From an uncultured bacterium (GTDB taxonomy: Bacteria; Zixibacteria; MSB-5A5; CAIYYT01), in assembly GCA_963698225.1 (NCBI GenBank), contig CAVOPW010000004.1:386959-450958 (forward strand): a stretch of DNA of 64,000 bases, written 5' to 3'. Shown one piece after another: positions 51,320 through 61,840 of the stretch. The notes beneath the pieces are model-generated. The model made no database searches. It was not told where the DNA came from and saw only the letters and a list, made by a program, of their open reading frames with translations. The position numbers and the translations under genes are program-made. The stretch's first letter is position 1, and every line of letters begins with the position of its first letter.

Positions 51320-54184
51320 ATGAAAAAGATCTCTTCGATGTTGTCTGCATCGATCGTGATGCTGGTTGCTTTGCTCTTATTAGTTCAGCCAATCGAATCT
51401 GCGCCACCAAGAACACCGATTAAGGGTCCTCAGACAGCGCTCATTTTGGACCAGGACACCCGCCTCGACTGCAATACTCTCGAAATGTTTGTTTACAACG
51501 ACGGTAACTTTGCCTACGACCACGCGAATGTCTTGGGAAAGACCGACGGACTCTATTATCCACGGGGAACAACTAAGACCGTCATATACTCCGCTGGAAT
51601 CTGGGTCGGAGCAAAGGTCAGCGGTGACACTCGCCTTGCCATCGCCGAGTACAACTCTGAGTTTGGCTACGGGCCGATGGTAAATGGCAGTCCCCTGCCT
51701 GACGATTCTCGCTTTCGGGTCTACAAAGTACGCCACACTGACAATGATGCCACCAATCCGGACTACGCCAACTGGCCGGTAGATCAGGGAGCTCCAGTTG
51801 ATGAAAACGGCGATCCACTGATCCTCGGCGACCAAATGACTTGGTCGGTTTTCAATGATGCCGACCCTCCATTACATGACAATAATGCCGGCTCGACTGC
51901 GCCGCTTGGTATCGAGATTCAACACTCGACGTTTGGTTACACTCGCAGTGGCCCGCTTGGAAATGTCTATTTTCTCAAATTCAAGATCATTAACAAAGGC
52001 GGCAACAACCTCCAGGATGCCTATGTGTCTATCTGGGCAGATCCCGACCTTGGCGATCCAAGTGACGATCTTGTCGGGTGCGATACGATTCTCGGGCTTG
52101 GTTATTGCTACAATGAAGGTGAGGATGCAACGTATGGTGCGAATCCGCCCGCCGTCGGTTTTGACTTCTTGCAGGGGCCGATTGTTCCCGGACTTCCAAC
52201 TGACACTGCATTTGTCTCGGGCGAAGCCCGGCCCGGTTTTCGCAATCTGAAGATGGTTTCGTTCAACAAGTATATCAATGGCACTGATCCAACTGTCAGT
52301 TGGGAGACTTACGGTTATATGCGCGGGCTTGTCAAGGACCCATACACCGGTCAGATGGTGCCCATGATCAACCCAACCAACAGTCAAGTGACCAACTACG
52401 CGGTTTCCGGTAATCCAGTTATCCAAACTGGGTGGATTGATGAAGCCGCATCAGATCGACGGCTTATGCTCTCTTCCGGGCCGTTTAATATGGCGCCGGG
52501 TGATACGCAGGAGGTCGTGGCCGCAGTTCTTGTCGGTCAAGGAAGTGGCCCTATCAACTCAATCACCGTCCTGCAGCAAACTGATTCCCAGGTTCAAGCG
52601 GCTTACAACGGGAATTTCGACATTCCGGATCCGAATAAGGCAATTGAAGTTAATGCCCGTGGTCGCGACCAGGCAATCGACGTCTTTTGGACCAGCGAAA
52701 TGATCGGGGATATTATCTACTATCCCATACTTGGCGAGGCCTACGAATTTGAAGGTTTCAATGTTCTTCAGGGACAGACGCCCAATGGCCCGTGGAAGAA
52801 ACTGGCTACCTACGATATCAGCAATGAAGTTGCATTGATTTATGGGGACGTGCTAAATCCCGAAATTGGCGCCGTCGAGCGCATTGTCGTACAAAATGGC
52901 AGCAATTCGGGGCTGCAGTTTCACCAATTCATGACCACTGACGCGTTCACGCATCAACCTCTGCAAAACGGCGAGACATATTACTTCGGCGTTTCGGGTT
53001 ATTACTACGACGTGAACCACATGGTCGAATTCAGGGATCAATACGGAAACTTCCTCGGTTATCTCGCGCCAACGCTGGAGTCACGAGTTTTCGCAGTCGA
53101 TGCTACTCCTATTTCTGATCCCGGAATTCTCTCCGACACCGCATTACATAGTGCCGGCCAGAGTGACGGTCAGGTAATCATCGAATGGATCGATCCAGAA
53201 GCGCGTACCGGTCATGATTATCGTGTGAATTTCAATTCCGACCTGTCTTGGAACCTGCAAGACGTTACCCTCGGTACCGTCCTGTTGAATCACCAGGTGA
53301 ACCAGTCAGGCGATTTCAACTATCCCATTGTCGATGGATTTATGACCCGCGTCTTCGGTCAACAACTGGGGGTCAAGAAAATTGAAGAGGTCGTTAACGC
53401 TTACGGTCCCGTCTTCCCTCCCGACAATGTTCACATGTCAAGGAATTCGACTTCCGAATGGCATATGGATCCGCTCGGGGACCACTCATTGACGAGATAC
53501 AGATGGACCTGCCCGTCGGCCGATGACTACGAAATCCGCATCGTCGGCGGAGCGACGGAAAGTTGCTTTGACTGGTTCGGCCCCCAGGGTAACATGGATT
53601 ATGGTTTCGTGAATGCATTCAAAGTTCCCGTTGAACTGTGGAACATCGGTTCGGGAACACCGGAAGGTACTTTCGACGACTTTCGAGTTGCCTTCATGCT
53701 CCTTGACGATGGGCAAGAGTTTGGAGAATTTGACTGGGGTGATGGAATCTACATTCACGAAATTCCTTATGACAACGTGAATTGGGCTGACCCAAACGAT
53801 AACTCCGGAAACTACGACCCGGACTTGCTCCTTTGGACTTACCGTCGCTTTCGTTTCTTCCCACAAGATCCGGACAACACAATCGGCAGTAATATCCTGC
53901 GGAAGGAACCATAGTCCGGATTACAACGAATAAGCCCAACACGATTGCCGACATTATTTGCGTTCTCCAGCCGATTTGAGTGCGGCGACATCAATCAGTC
54001 AGGGGAAGTGGATATCACCGACGCTATCGCGCTCATCAACTACCTCTTTGCCATCACTCTCGACTCCGTCGACCCGACCGACGCCGACGTCAACTGCGAC
54101 GGCCGCATCCGTATCACCGATTGCGTTTATCTTATCAATTACATCTTCCTCGGCGGACCGGAACCATGTGCTGCATGCCCCTGA
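51320..54184 (+). CDS. large secreted protein of unknown function with dockerin-like C-terminus; compensating frameshift pair near 53885-53955
   Basis: GGGAGG RBS and ATG 51320, with signal peptide MKKISSMLSASIVMLVALLLLVQP. The ORF runs to 53914. Frame 1 reads YPAEGTIVRITTNKPNTIADI (53893-53950), then the original frame resumes as LFAFSSRFECGDINQSGEVDITDAIALINYLF...DCVYLINYIFLGGPEPCAACP. Confidence 0.6.
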
Positions 54185-54211
54185 TGAAGTAGCCCAAGTC
54201 CCATAAACGAA

Positions 54212-54239
54212 AATGGCAGGTATCACTACCTGCCATTTC
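54212..54239. terminator. bidirectional intrinsic terminator
   Basis: Perfect 12-bp stem AAATGGCAGGTA / TACCTGCCATTT with loop TCAC. T-rich flanks on both strands, between convergent genes. Confidence 0.7.
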
Positions 54240-54265
54240 TATTTGCCCGAATGCCATTATTGGAT

Positions 54266-54862
54266 TTACGGCTGTGTCGGTGCTCCTGCCGGCGGAATCG
54301 GACCCGGCACCAGATTCGGCACTGCCGGAAGCGATTTCAGGTAAGCAAAAATCGCCTTAAGATCGTCGTCCGTCGTCTTCGCCATAGCCTGCCACGGCAT
54401 CGGAGGAAGAATTTCTCTTCCGATTCCCAGATGCTGGCCGGTACGCATCGTCTTGATGAAATCCTCTTCATCCCAGTCGCCCAGACCGGTTTGCGGATCG
54501 GGGGTCAGGTTCGCAGCGAAACTAACACCCCAGGGACCTGCCCAGGCCGTCATGTGGGCGTTGCACATCGCCATCCAGCCCATCGGATTGGGCAGACCTG
54601 CCGGAATCTCCGGTACCGGAGCGCTTGCCGGATGACCGGAGAGCAGGATTGTCGGATCAGGTTCCGGGCCCTTGTCCGTAAACCTCTTGGGCGAATGACA
54701 GTCATTGCATCCGCCAAGCGTTACAAGGTATTCACCGCGCTTGACCAGTTGTTCATTGGTCATCGGCTTGTTGTCGCTGCTGTTTTGGGCACAGGTCGCG
54801 ATTAACATTGCTGCAAAGAATAGGGAAAGAAATAGGACGGTTTTGACTTTTGACTGTCGCAT
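54266..54862 (-). CDS. c-type cytochrome (lipoprotein-like signal)
   Basis: 198 aa. Signal ending LIATC, haem site CNDCH, and distal MPW / DDDLKAIFAYLKSL blocks. Confidence 0.7.
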   Translation of the reverse strand: MRQSKVKTVLFLSLFFAAMLIATCAQNSSDNKPMTNEQLVKRGEYLVTLGGCNDCHSPKRFTDKGPEPDPTILLSGHPASAPVPEIPAGLPNPMGWMAMCNAHMTAWAGPWGVSFAANLTPDPQTGLGDWDEEDFIKTMRTGQHLGIGREILPPMPWQAMAKTTDDDLKAIFAYLKSLPAVPNLVPGPIPPAGAPTQP

Positions 54863-55095
54863 CAGGTACTCCTTGTGAACGTTGTGAGCTCATAAATTAG
54901 GAACACCAATACCCATGTCAAGAAGATTATAGAGCTATAATATCCAATTTTACGACTGGTGTATTCAACCGCCCTATGGCGCAATCTCTTAAAGGCGGCT
55001 GGAAAACCGCCGCCAATCCCGCCATGACTCTCCGAGGTTGAGATTACGCTACGATTGAGCTGTCAGGAGGATTAATTCCGGGCCGCTATGAACAA

Positions 55096-56902
55096 CTACT
55101 CCCCGTCCCGGTCAATCTGCAGCACCGCCAAAAAAGCTTCCTGCGGTAATTCCACACTGCCGATTTGCTTCATCTTCTTCTTGCCCTCTTTTTGCCGCTC
55201 GATCAGCTTGCGCTTACGCGTAATGTCGCCGCCATAGCATTTCGCCGTGACGTTCTTGCGCATTGCGCGGACCGTTTCACGTGCCACGACTTTGGAACCG
55301 ATCGCCGCCTGGATGATCACCTCGAACATCTGGCGCGGAATCAACTCCGCCAGTTTTGCGCAGAGTTTGCGCCCCCACACCTGCGCGCGGTCCTGATGAA
55401 TCAGACACGACAGCGCATCGACCGGCTCGGCGTTAAGCAGGATATCGAGCTTCTGCAACTTGCTCGTACGCATTTCCAGGAAATCATAATCCAGCGAGGC
55501 ATATCCGCGCGAGATCGATTTGAGCTTGTCGTGGAAATCGAAGATAATTTCCGACAGCGGTAAATTGAATTCGAGCGTGGCACGCGCCGGATCGGGATAG
55601 TGTGTGGCTTTGAATTCGCCGCGTCGTTCGGCGATGATCTTCATGATGCCGCCGATGTATTCCACCGGCGTGATGATCTGTGCCGCGACAAACGGTTCTT
55701 CGATATGGTCGACCAGCATTGCCGATGGCATCTTCGCCGGGTTATCGACTTTGACGATTTCATTCTTCTTCGTGAAAACGTGATATTCCACGTTGGGGAC
55801 GGTGTTGACAATCGTGACTCCGTACTCGCGTTCGAGCCGTTCGTGTACGATTTCCAGATGCAACAGCCCGAGGAACCCGCACCGGAAACCGAACCCCAGC
55901 GCCAGAGATGATTCCGGCTCAAAAGTTAGTGATGCATCGTTGAGCTGCAGTTTCTCCAGACGCCTCGCGAAGCTGCTCATAACGCTCGGTCGTTGCCGGA
56001 TAAATACCGGAGTAGACCATCGACTTGATTTCCTTAAACCCCGGAAGCGGTACCGGTGCGCCATCCTTTGCGTAAGTAATCGTATCGCCGACTTTGGCAT
56101 CAGCCAGATGACGGATGTTGCAGACAATGTAGCCTACTTCCCCGGCAGTGAGCTTCTTGGCCGGCTTCCGGTCGATGATTAGGTGCCCGACTTCGTCGAC
56201 TTCGTATTCGATCCCGGTCGAAAAGAACTTGATGACATCACCCTTCTTGACCTCGCCGTCAACCACCCGCAAATACGGCACCGCACCGCGATAACTGTCA
56301 AACTTGGAGTCGAACACCATCGCCTTCAGGGTGCCGTTGGGGTCAGTGGTGGGCGGCGGAATTCGCTGCACGATGGCTTCCAGTATCTCATGAATCCCGA
56401 TTCCCATCTTCGCGGAGGTATGCAGGATATCTTCTTTCTTGCCGCCGATGAGATTGAGAATCGACTCAGCAACCCGTTCCGGTTCCGCATGCGGCAGGTC
56501 AATCTTGTTCAGAACCGGAATGATCTCCAGATTTTGGTCCAGCGCTTTATAAAGATTCGACAGCGTCTGCGCCTCTATCCCTTGCGAGGCATCGACCACC
56601 AACAGCGCCCCTTCACAGGCCGCGATCGAACGGGAAACCTCGTACGAAAAATCGACATGCCCGGGGGTATCAATGAGATTGAGAATGTACTTGTGCCCGT
56701 CATTGGCGCGATAGTGCATCCGGATCGCGTGCGCCTTGATCGTAATCCCGCGCTCCTGCTCGAGATCCATGTTGTCGAGCATCTGCTTATGCGTGACATT
56801 AATCGTGCGTGTCATTTCCAGCAGGCGATCGGCAATCGTCGACTTGCCGTGGTCGATATGCGCGATAATCGAGAAGTTGCGTATGTTCTTTACGAATTCC
56901 AT
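55096..56902 (-). CDS. lepA: translation elongation factor 4 (LepA), frame disruption near 55956-55963
   Basis: ATG 56902 gives [31 protein letters not shown]. ..YEQLREA continues as [37 protein letters not shown].. in ORF 55096..56127. Removing one base at GAGGCGTCTGGAG restores a continuous LepA. Confidence 0.92.
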
Positions 56903-56933
56903 CGGCCTATTTACGGTGCAAAACGGAGTAATG

Positions 56934-58109
56934 TCAAGAGTTCGTGCCGTCTGATTGCGGTTTTTCGGGAAGTATTTCGTTTGGCTCGGAGGCGCGATTT
57001 GTCGCATCTTCAGTCAATTTGATCCTGTCCTCGGAATAGACGACCAGCAAGAAGGCCAACAACTGCGAATTGGTGACGATATTGATACCGTACGACAGCA
57101 TCAAAATCAGGATACCCAGCACACCAACGGCGATAATTACTGCCGCCGCCTGCTCGGTTCCGGAAATTGAGGAGAGCCAGTCGAATTTGCTTAGGTTGTA
57201 TGCAATGGGCAGCATGGGGTCATAGCTGACGCACGATCCCGGATACAATGTCGTGAAGAAGCTAATCACATCATCGATTGGTTCAAGCATGAGGTAGGCA
57301 TTGACAAGAATGCTGTTCACCTTCTCTCCGCCAAACCAGGCGGCGAGAAAATTTGTTAGTTGCAGAGCCCGGGCAAAGAAATAGCCAATGACGAAAATTC
57401 CGATCTTGGCCAGCACCAGACCGGTTGCGGTCATTCCCAGCCAGCGTAAGGGCTGTGTCCAGATGACATTGTAAATGTAAAAGGTCGCTCCGAATGTCTC
57501 CTTCTCACGCGCAACAATGATGGCGGGCAATGTGAGGATTGACGTCGTCAAACCGAAAGCGAGGAACACCAGAAACAACGACCATAGAAAGAATGGCACG
57601 ACATAGAGAATCGCATATAAGATCCCGCCGATTCCCGGAACGAGTGCAACCAGGCTCACCACTCCTTGAACCGCCGCCAAAACGGCGATGAGCAGCAAGA
57701 CTAGCCCGCCCGAAACCCACAACGGCAATAAATTCGATCGTGCGTCTTTCGCAGCCTCACTGCTTGCATAGAAGTGATTTCCCCGAAGGCGCTCAAATCC
57801 CAGCTTCGCAACCACCAGGTTTCCGTAGTCGTAAAGACCAACGACAACAACGATTCCCAAAACCCAAATTGCCAGACTATACCAGTGCCTCAATTCCAAC
57901 CCGAGCAACGGAAACAGTCCATGTTGTTGCCAGGCCGAGGATAGCGGCTGCCCGTCAATCAATAAAGCAGAATAGGCTAACACGAAATAGGCGACATAGC
58001 CGTATGCCAGCGGACGCGCCTGCGCCAACAAGCACTTGCCGGACAACGCCATACGCGGAGCTTTGAGGATGTCCCAAAAATCGTAACGCAGTTCAGAATT
58101 CGTCGCCAT
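56934..58109 (-). CDS. hypothetical polytopic membrane protein
   Basis: 391 aa with about 8 hydrophobic helices. No family recognised. Lies 31 nt upstream of lepA on the same strand. Confidence 0.4.
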   Translation of the reverse strand: MATNSELRYDFWDILKAPRMALSGKCLLAQARPLAYGYVAYFVLAYSALLIDGQPLSSAWQQHGLFPLLGLELRHWYSLAIWVLGIVVVVGLYDYGNLVVAKLGFERLRGNHFYASSEAAKDARSNLLPLWVSGGLVLLLIAVLAAVQGVVSLVALVPGIGGILYAILYVVPFFLWSLFLVFLAFGLTTSILTLPAIIVAREKETFGATFYIYNVIWTQPLRWLGMTATGLVLAKIGIFVIGYFFARALQLTNFLAAWFGGEKVNSILVNAYLMLEPIDDVISFFTTLYPGSCVSYDPMLPIAYNLSKFDWLSSISGTEQAAAVIIAVGVLGILILMLSYGINIVTNSQLLAFLLVVYSEDRIKLTEDATNRASEPNEILPEKPQSDGTNS

Positions 58110-58279
58110 AGTGAATCGTAAAGGTTAGCGTCCCGGCCGTATTAAGTCAAGAGAAATAGGTACCATCTCGATTCGAATCCCCGGATCGACAACATTGATG
58201 TACCGGTATCCACAACAAGTTTCTCTCCCAGAATAACAACACATCCATGTAGTACACCACATTATGAGGAACCAGAAAT

Positions 58280-58580
58280 ATGCGTCCGACTTTCTCGCTC
58301 GCGGTTCTCCCGCTTGTCGGACTCGGTTGTTCGGCCGGCGTTGACGACAAGAACCACCTTGGCAACACTTGCGGTAGAGTGCAGCTTGGGAGACTTCGAA
58401 TTCACCATTCCTCAGGTTGCAGCTACTTTGGGTAAGCAGACCCTTGAGACAGTCACTAGCGGAACATTTGCTCCTACGGGAGCGACACCAACTTCTGCAT
58501 TTACGGAGGGCTACTCATTACAAACGATACTCTGGTCGCTTCTGGCACAACCATCTGCGACATTGGCCCTTTTCGGATAG
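58280..58580 (+). CDS. small hypothetical lipoprotein, probable frame disruption within 58340-58430
   Basis: GAGGAA RBS and ATG 58280 give MRPTFSLAVLPLVGLGCSAG. That frame stops near 58433, and ORF 58314..58580 carries the remaining 88 codons. Confidence 0.3.
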
Positions 58581-58738
58581 ATAGCGCGCGCTAACCGATA
58601 TCGCTCTCCCGCCCGAATCCTGCGTTCCACGCTTGGCACATCTCGTGCGTCTCAACTTTTGAGCTTTACTAATTCAGATTTGAGACTATATTATCTATGC
58701 TTGTTTGTATTTTATCTCTTACGTTGGAGTTACCTGCC

Positions 58739-60668
58739 ATGAGAACCTCGTTAAAACTAGTCACCTTTTTTATCCTTCTTCTTTGTTGCTCGGGATTTGC
58801 CGATGAACTTGTCAAAGTGACCATCGACAGCCGAAGTGACGCCGAACTGCTCAAGAGCATTGATCCCGATGCGGTTGTCAAGACCAACAATGGATACTTA
58901 TTGATCGCAAATCCGGCCGATCTTGCCGCTCTTACGGCCTCTGGGCTGAAATCTGAAATCGTTGTCTCCGGCATCGAACGCAACGAATTGGCGCTTGACC
59001 TGCGCCTCGACGACTACAATATGACTCGTTATCCTGTTGTTTTCTCTGAAGGCAATCTTCGCGTCTACCGTATATCCGGCGGCTTCGATCCTGCGCAAGA
59101 AGTCCAGCCAACTCTAATGGCATTACCGCAACAGTCGCTGCGAGTTGTTTTTGACGAGTTCGAGGTGACGCCATTCGGCGGCCTGACGGAATCGGCGACT
59201 TTAGAAAAACTCCTGGGCACGATCCAGCAAGACTCGTTGTATGCATACACTGCCAAACTTCAGTCTTACTACCGCCGTGTTGCCGGCTCACCCAGCATCT
59301 TCCTGGCACGCGACTGGATCAAGACGAAATTCGAGTCTTTCGGTTATGATTCTGTCTATCTGGACAGTTGGAGTCAATACTTCAATGGCAAGACTAATCA
59401 GTGCTACAACGTTGTCGCTGTTAAGACCGGCACGCTGTATCCCGAAGATTGAGATCATCGTCGGCGCACACTATGATGGCGTAGGTAACTCGCCAGCCGC
59501 AAACGATAATGGCTCGGGCACGGCCGGAGTCCTGGAGATCGCCCGTGCTCTTGCGGATACTCCCACTGATGTGACCATCAAGTTCATCACGTTCGATGCC
59601 GAAGAGTGGGGTCTTTATGGTTCTTATCACTACGCCAACGCCGCGGCCGCAAGAGGGGACCAGATCCTCTTCATGTTCAACATGGATATGATCGCAAACA
59701 TCACTAACACCAATCGCGCAACAGTCTATAGCGGCTCCAATACAACTTACGCCAGCATGTGGAACACCATCGCCCAGGCCAGCTACGGCATCACCGGCTA
59801 CCTTAGCGGCAACTCCAGTGGTTCGGATCACTACCCGTTCACGCAAAACGGGTACCCGGCAGTCTTCATCATCGAATACAATTTCTCCAGTGTCTATCAC
59901 TCGGCGCGCGATAGCACGACGTATATGAACTTTGAGTATATGACTCGTATGGTGCGGGCATCACTGGCAACTGTGGTTCAAGGGGCCAACTCCGGCGATT
60001 TTGATAATGACGGCGTCCTGAACAGCGTCGACAATTGCATCTACACGGCCAATCCCTCGCAAGCTGATCCGGATATCGACTCAATCGGCAGTGCCTGTGA
60101 CAACTGTCCCAGTGTTTATAACCCATTGCAGGAAGATGAAAACGGTGACGGTGTCGGCGACTACTGTGACGGCAATCTGCACATTATGAGCTACATTCTG
60201 CCGCCAGCTTACCGCTTGAAACCATACTTCTGTCAGATGCAGGCAATTGGTGGAGCCGCCCCCTACAGTTGGGCGTTTTTCGGCGGTGATCTCCCCTTCG
60301 GCTTGACCTTCAACAGTCCGCAAGGCACAATTACGGGAATACCGACTTTTAACGCAGAATACTATTTCACCGTAACGGCAACTGATGCCGGCAACCCGGC
60401 CAAAGCCGACACGATCAGCTTGAGCCTGACGGTTACTGATGCACCGCCGCCGCCCTATCTCTGCGGAGATGCCGATAACAGCGAATCTGTCAACATCTCC
60501 GATGTTGTCAATATCATCAATTACATTTTTGCCGGTGGCCCGGCGCCCGATCCGCTCGCATCTGCCGATGTTGATTGCAGCACCAACGTGACCATTTCTG
60601 ATGTGGTGTACTTGATCAATCACATTTTTGCCGGCGGACCGGTACCTTGTGCCGGCTGCCTGCCTTAG
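58739..60668 (+). CDS. secreted M28-family metallopeptidase with thrombospondin-type-3-like repeats and dockerin-like C-terminus, frame disruption near 59440-59450
   Basis: ATG 58739 with a signal peptide. ..[14 protein letters not shown] continues as [11 protein letters not shown]...[15 protein letters not shown]...[11 protein letters not shown] (M28 zinc ligands) in ORF 59241..60668. Also [12 protein letters not shown]...[14 protein letters not shown]...[12 protein letters not shown]. Tail: [58 protein letters not shown]. Confidence 0.8.
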
Positions 60669-60700
60669 CTATTCTTTGTCGAATACTCTTGAATCTCAAA

Positions 60701-60734
60701 GCACTAAGGGCGACCAATTGGTCGCCCTTAGTGC
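60701..60734. terminator. bidirectional intrinsic terminator
   Basis: Perfect 15-bp stem GCACTAAGGGCGACC / GGTCGCCCTTAGTGC with loop AATT, between the convergent M28 and nfi genes. Confidence 0.7.
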
Positions 60735-60780
60735 GTCAATGATTATTGCAGCGATTCTATTTCAAGTGGGGCAATCGGAA

Positions 60781-61530
60781 CTACTCGCGATCATCGTCAT
60801 CGTCATCATCACGCTGACGGCCGCGCGATGGACCCGTTCCTCCCGGAAGATTCATGTCGTAGTTGCGGCGTTGTTTGTTCACCATGATATGAGCCAGGCG
60901 CAACGGCTCGGGAAGCCGATATCCACGCAGCAGGTCGATTACGGTCTTGACTGCCGTTTCAACATCAATCTTGTGGCCGGGAGCAACGTACAGGGGCTTC
61001 ACGTTTTCTCGTGATCTAATCGCCCGTCCAACTTCGACATTGCCCAGATATATGGCCGCCGTATCACCAACTTCGTTGCCCAGCGGATCAACCTTGCCGA
61101 CAAGGACTTTCTTGGCGCACCCGATCGTCGGCATCTCCAGCATCACACCCATGTGGGAAGCCATGCCGATGCCCCGCGGATGATCAATCCCGTGTCCGTC
61201 AAAAATGAACACATCGGGAACGAACTTCAGCCGGCTCAGGGCCTTGGATATCACCGGACCTTCTCGAAAATAGAACAGGCCGGGAACAAACGGAAAAGTA
61301 ATCTCCGCTTGCGCGCGAACTTTTTCGAGCAATTCCATCTCCGGAACTTTCATTATCACCACCGTGCAAAACGCGGTGTTGTCTTTCTTTGAGTAGGCGA
61401 CATCAACTCCGCCTACAAGACGAAAAGAGGTCTTCTCCGGCTTAATGCTCACGAGCGGAGCATGCTTCTCCTGAAGACGTTCGGCCTCTGCTACATCGTC
61501 TGTCCAAGCATGTAGACGATTGAACTTCAT
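60781..61530 (-). CDS. nfi: endonuclease V (deoxyinosine 3' endonuclease)
   Basis: 249 aa. VGGVDVAY, FPFVPGLFYFREGP, FDGHGIDHPRGIGMASHMG, IGCAK and LYVAPGH blocks. Unusual basic-then-poly-Asp tail. Confidence 0.85.
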   Translation of the reverse strand: MKFNRLHAWTDDVAEAERLQEKHAPLVSIKPEKTSFRLVGGVDVAYSKKDNTAFCTVVIMKVPEMELLEKVRAQAEITFPFVPGLFYFREGPVISKALSRLKFVPDVFIFDGHGIDHPRGIGMASHMGVMLEMPTIGCAKKVLVGKVDPLGNEVGDTAAIYLGNVEVGRAIRSRENVKPLYVAPGHKIDVETAVKTVIDLLRGYRLPEPLRLAHIMVNKQRRNYDMNLPGGTGPSRGRQRDDDDDDDRE

Positions 61531-61840
61531 TCCAATTCCTTCTACTGTTCATTTGTTTTCACTGCTCTGCACGAGTACGGCGAAACTATGCTGTTGTGGG
61601 AAACAGGGGGCAGTCACCGTGGTACCACTTCATTCCATGTCGCCTTACCCGATCACATTATACATAAAAACGTTACAGGTGAATAATTCTTTCTGCATTC
61701 CTTCCTGCTCCAACACTCTACTTGCACATTCGGTTCCGAGTATAGTATACTCGTCACAAGCGACTGAACCACCGTCACCATTGAACTCGGCATAGTAGTC
61801 ACTAACCCGGCTGCCTGTGCATTCCTGAACGATTTCGTCT

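Noticed and set aside
4786-55963. Shared TCTGG context at several frameshift sites (rodA TTCTCTGGTG, lepA GCGTCTGGAG, lipoprotein GAATCTGGAA), hinting at a motif-specific, for example methylation-linked, base-calling error.
   Set aside because: The exact indel position is not uniquely resolvable, because removing neighbouring bases also restores the frame. Only 3-4 of about 25 sites show it, and the other sites involve different bases, so the enrichment is not convincing without read data.
60781-60840. Basic-then-poly-Asp C-terminal tail of endonuclease V (..GRQRDDDDDDDRE) as a functional extension.
   Set aside because: It is a short low-complexity tail encoded by a GAT/GAC run. There is no evidence of function, and it could equally be slippage-prone repeat sequence.
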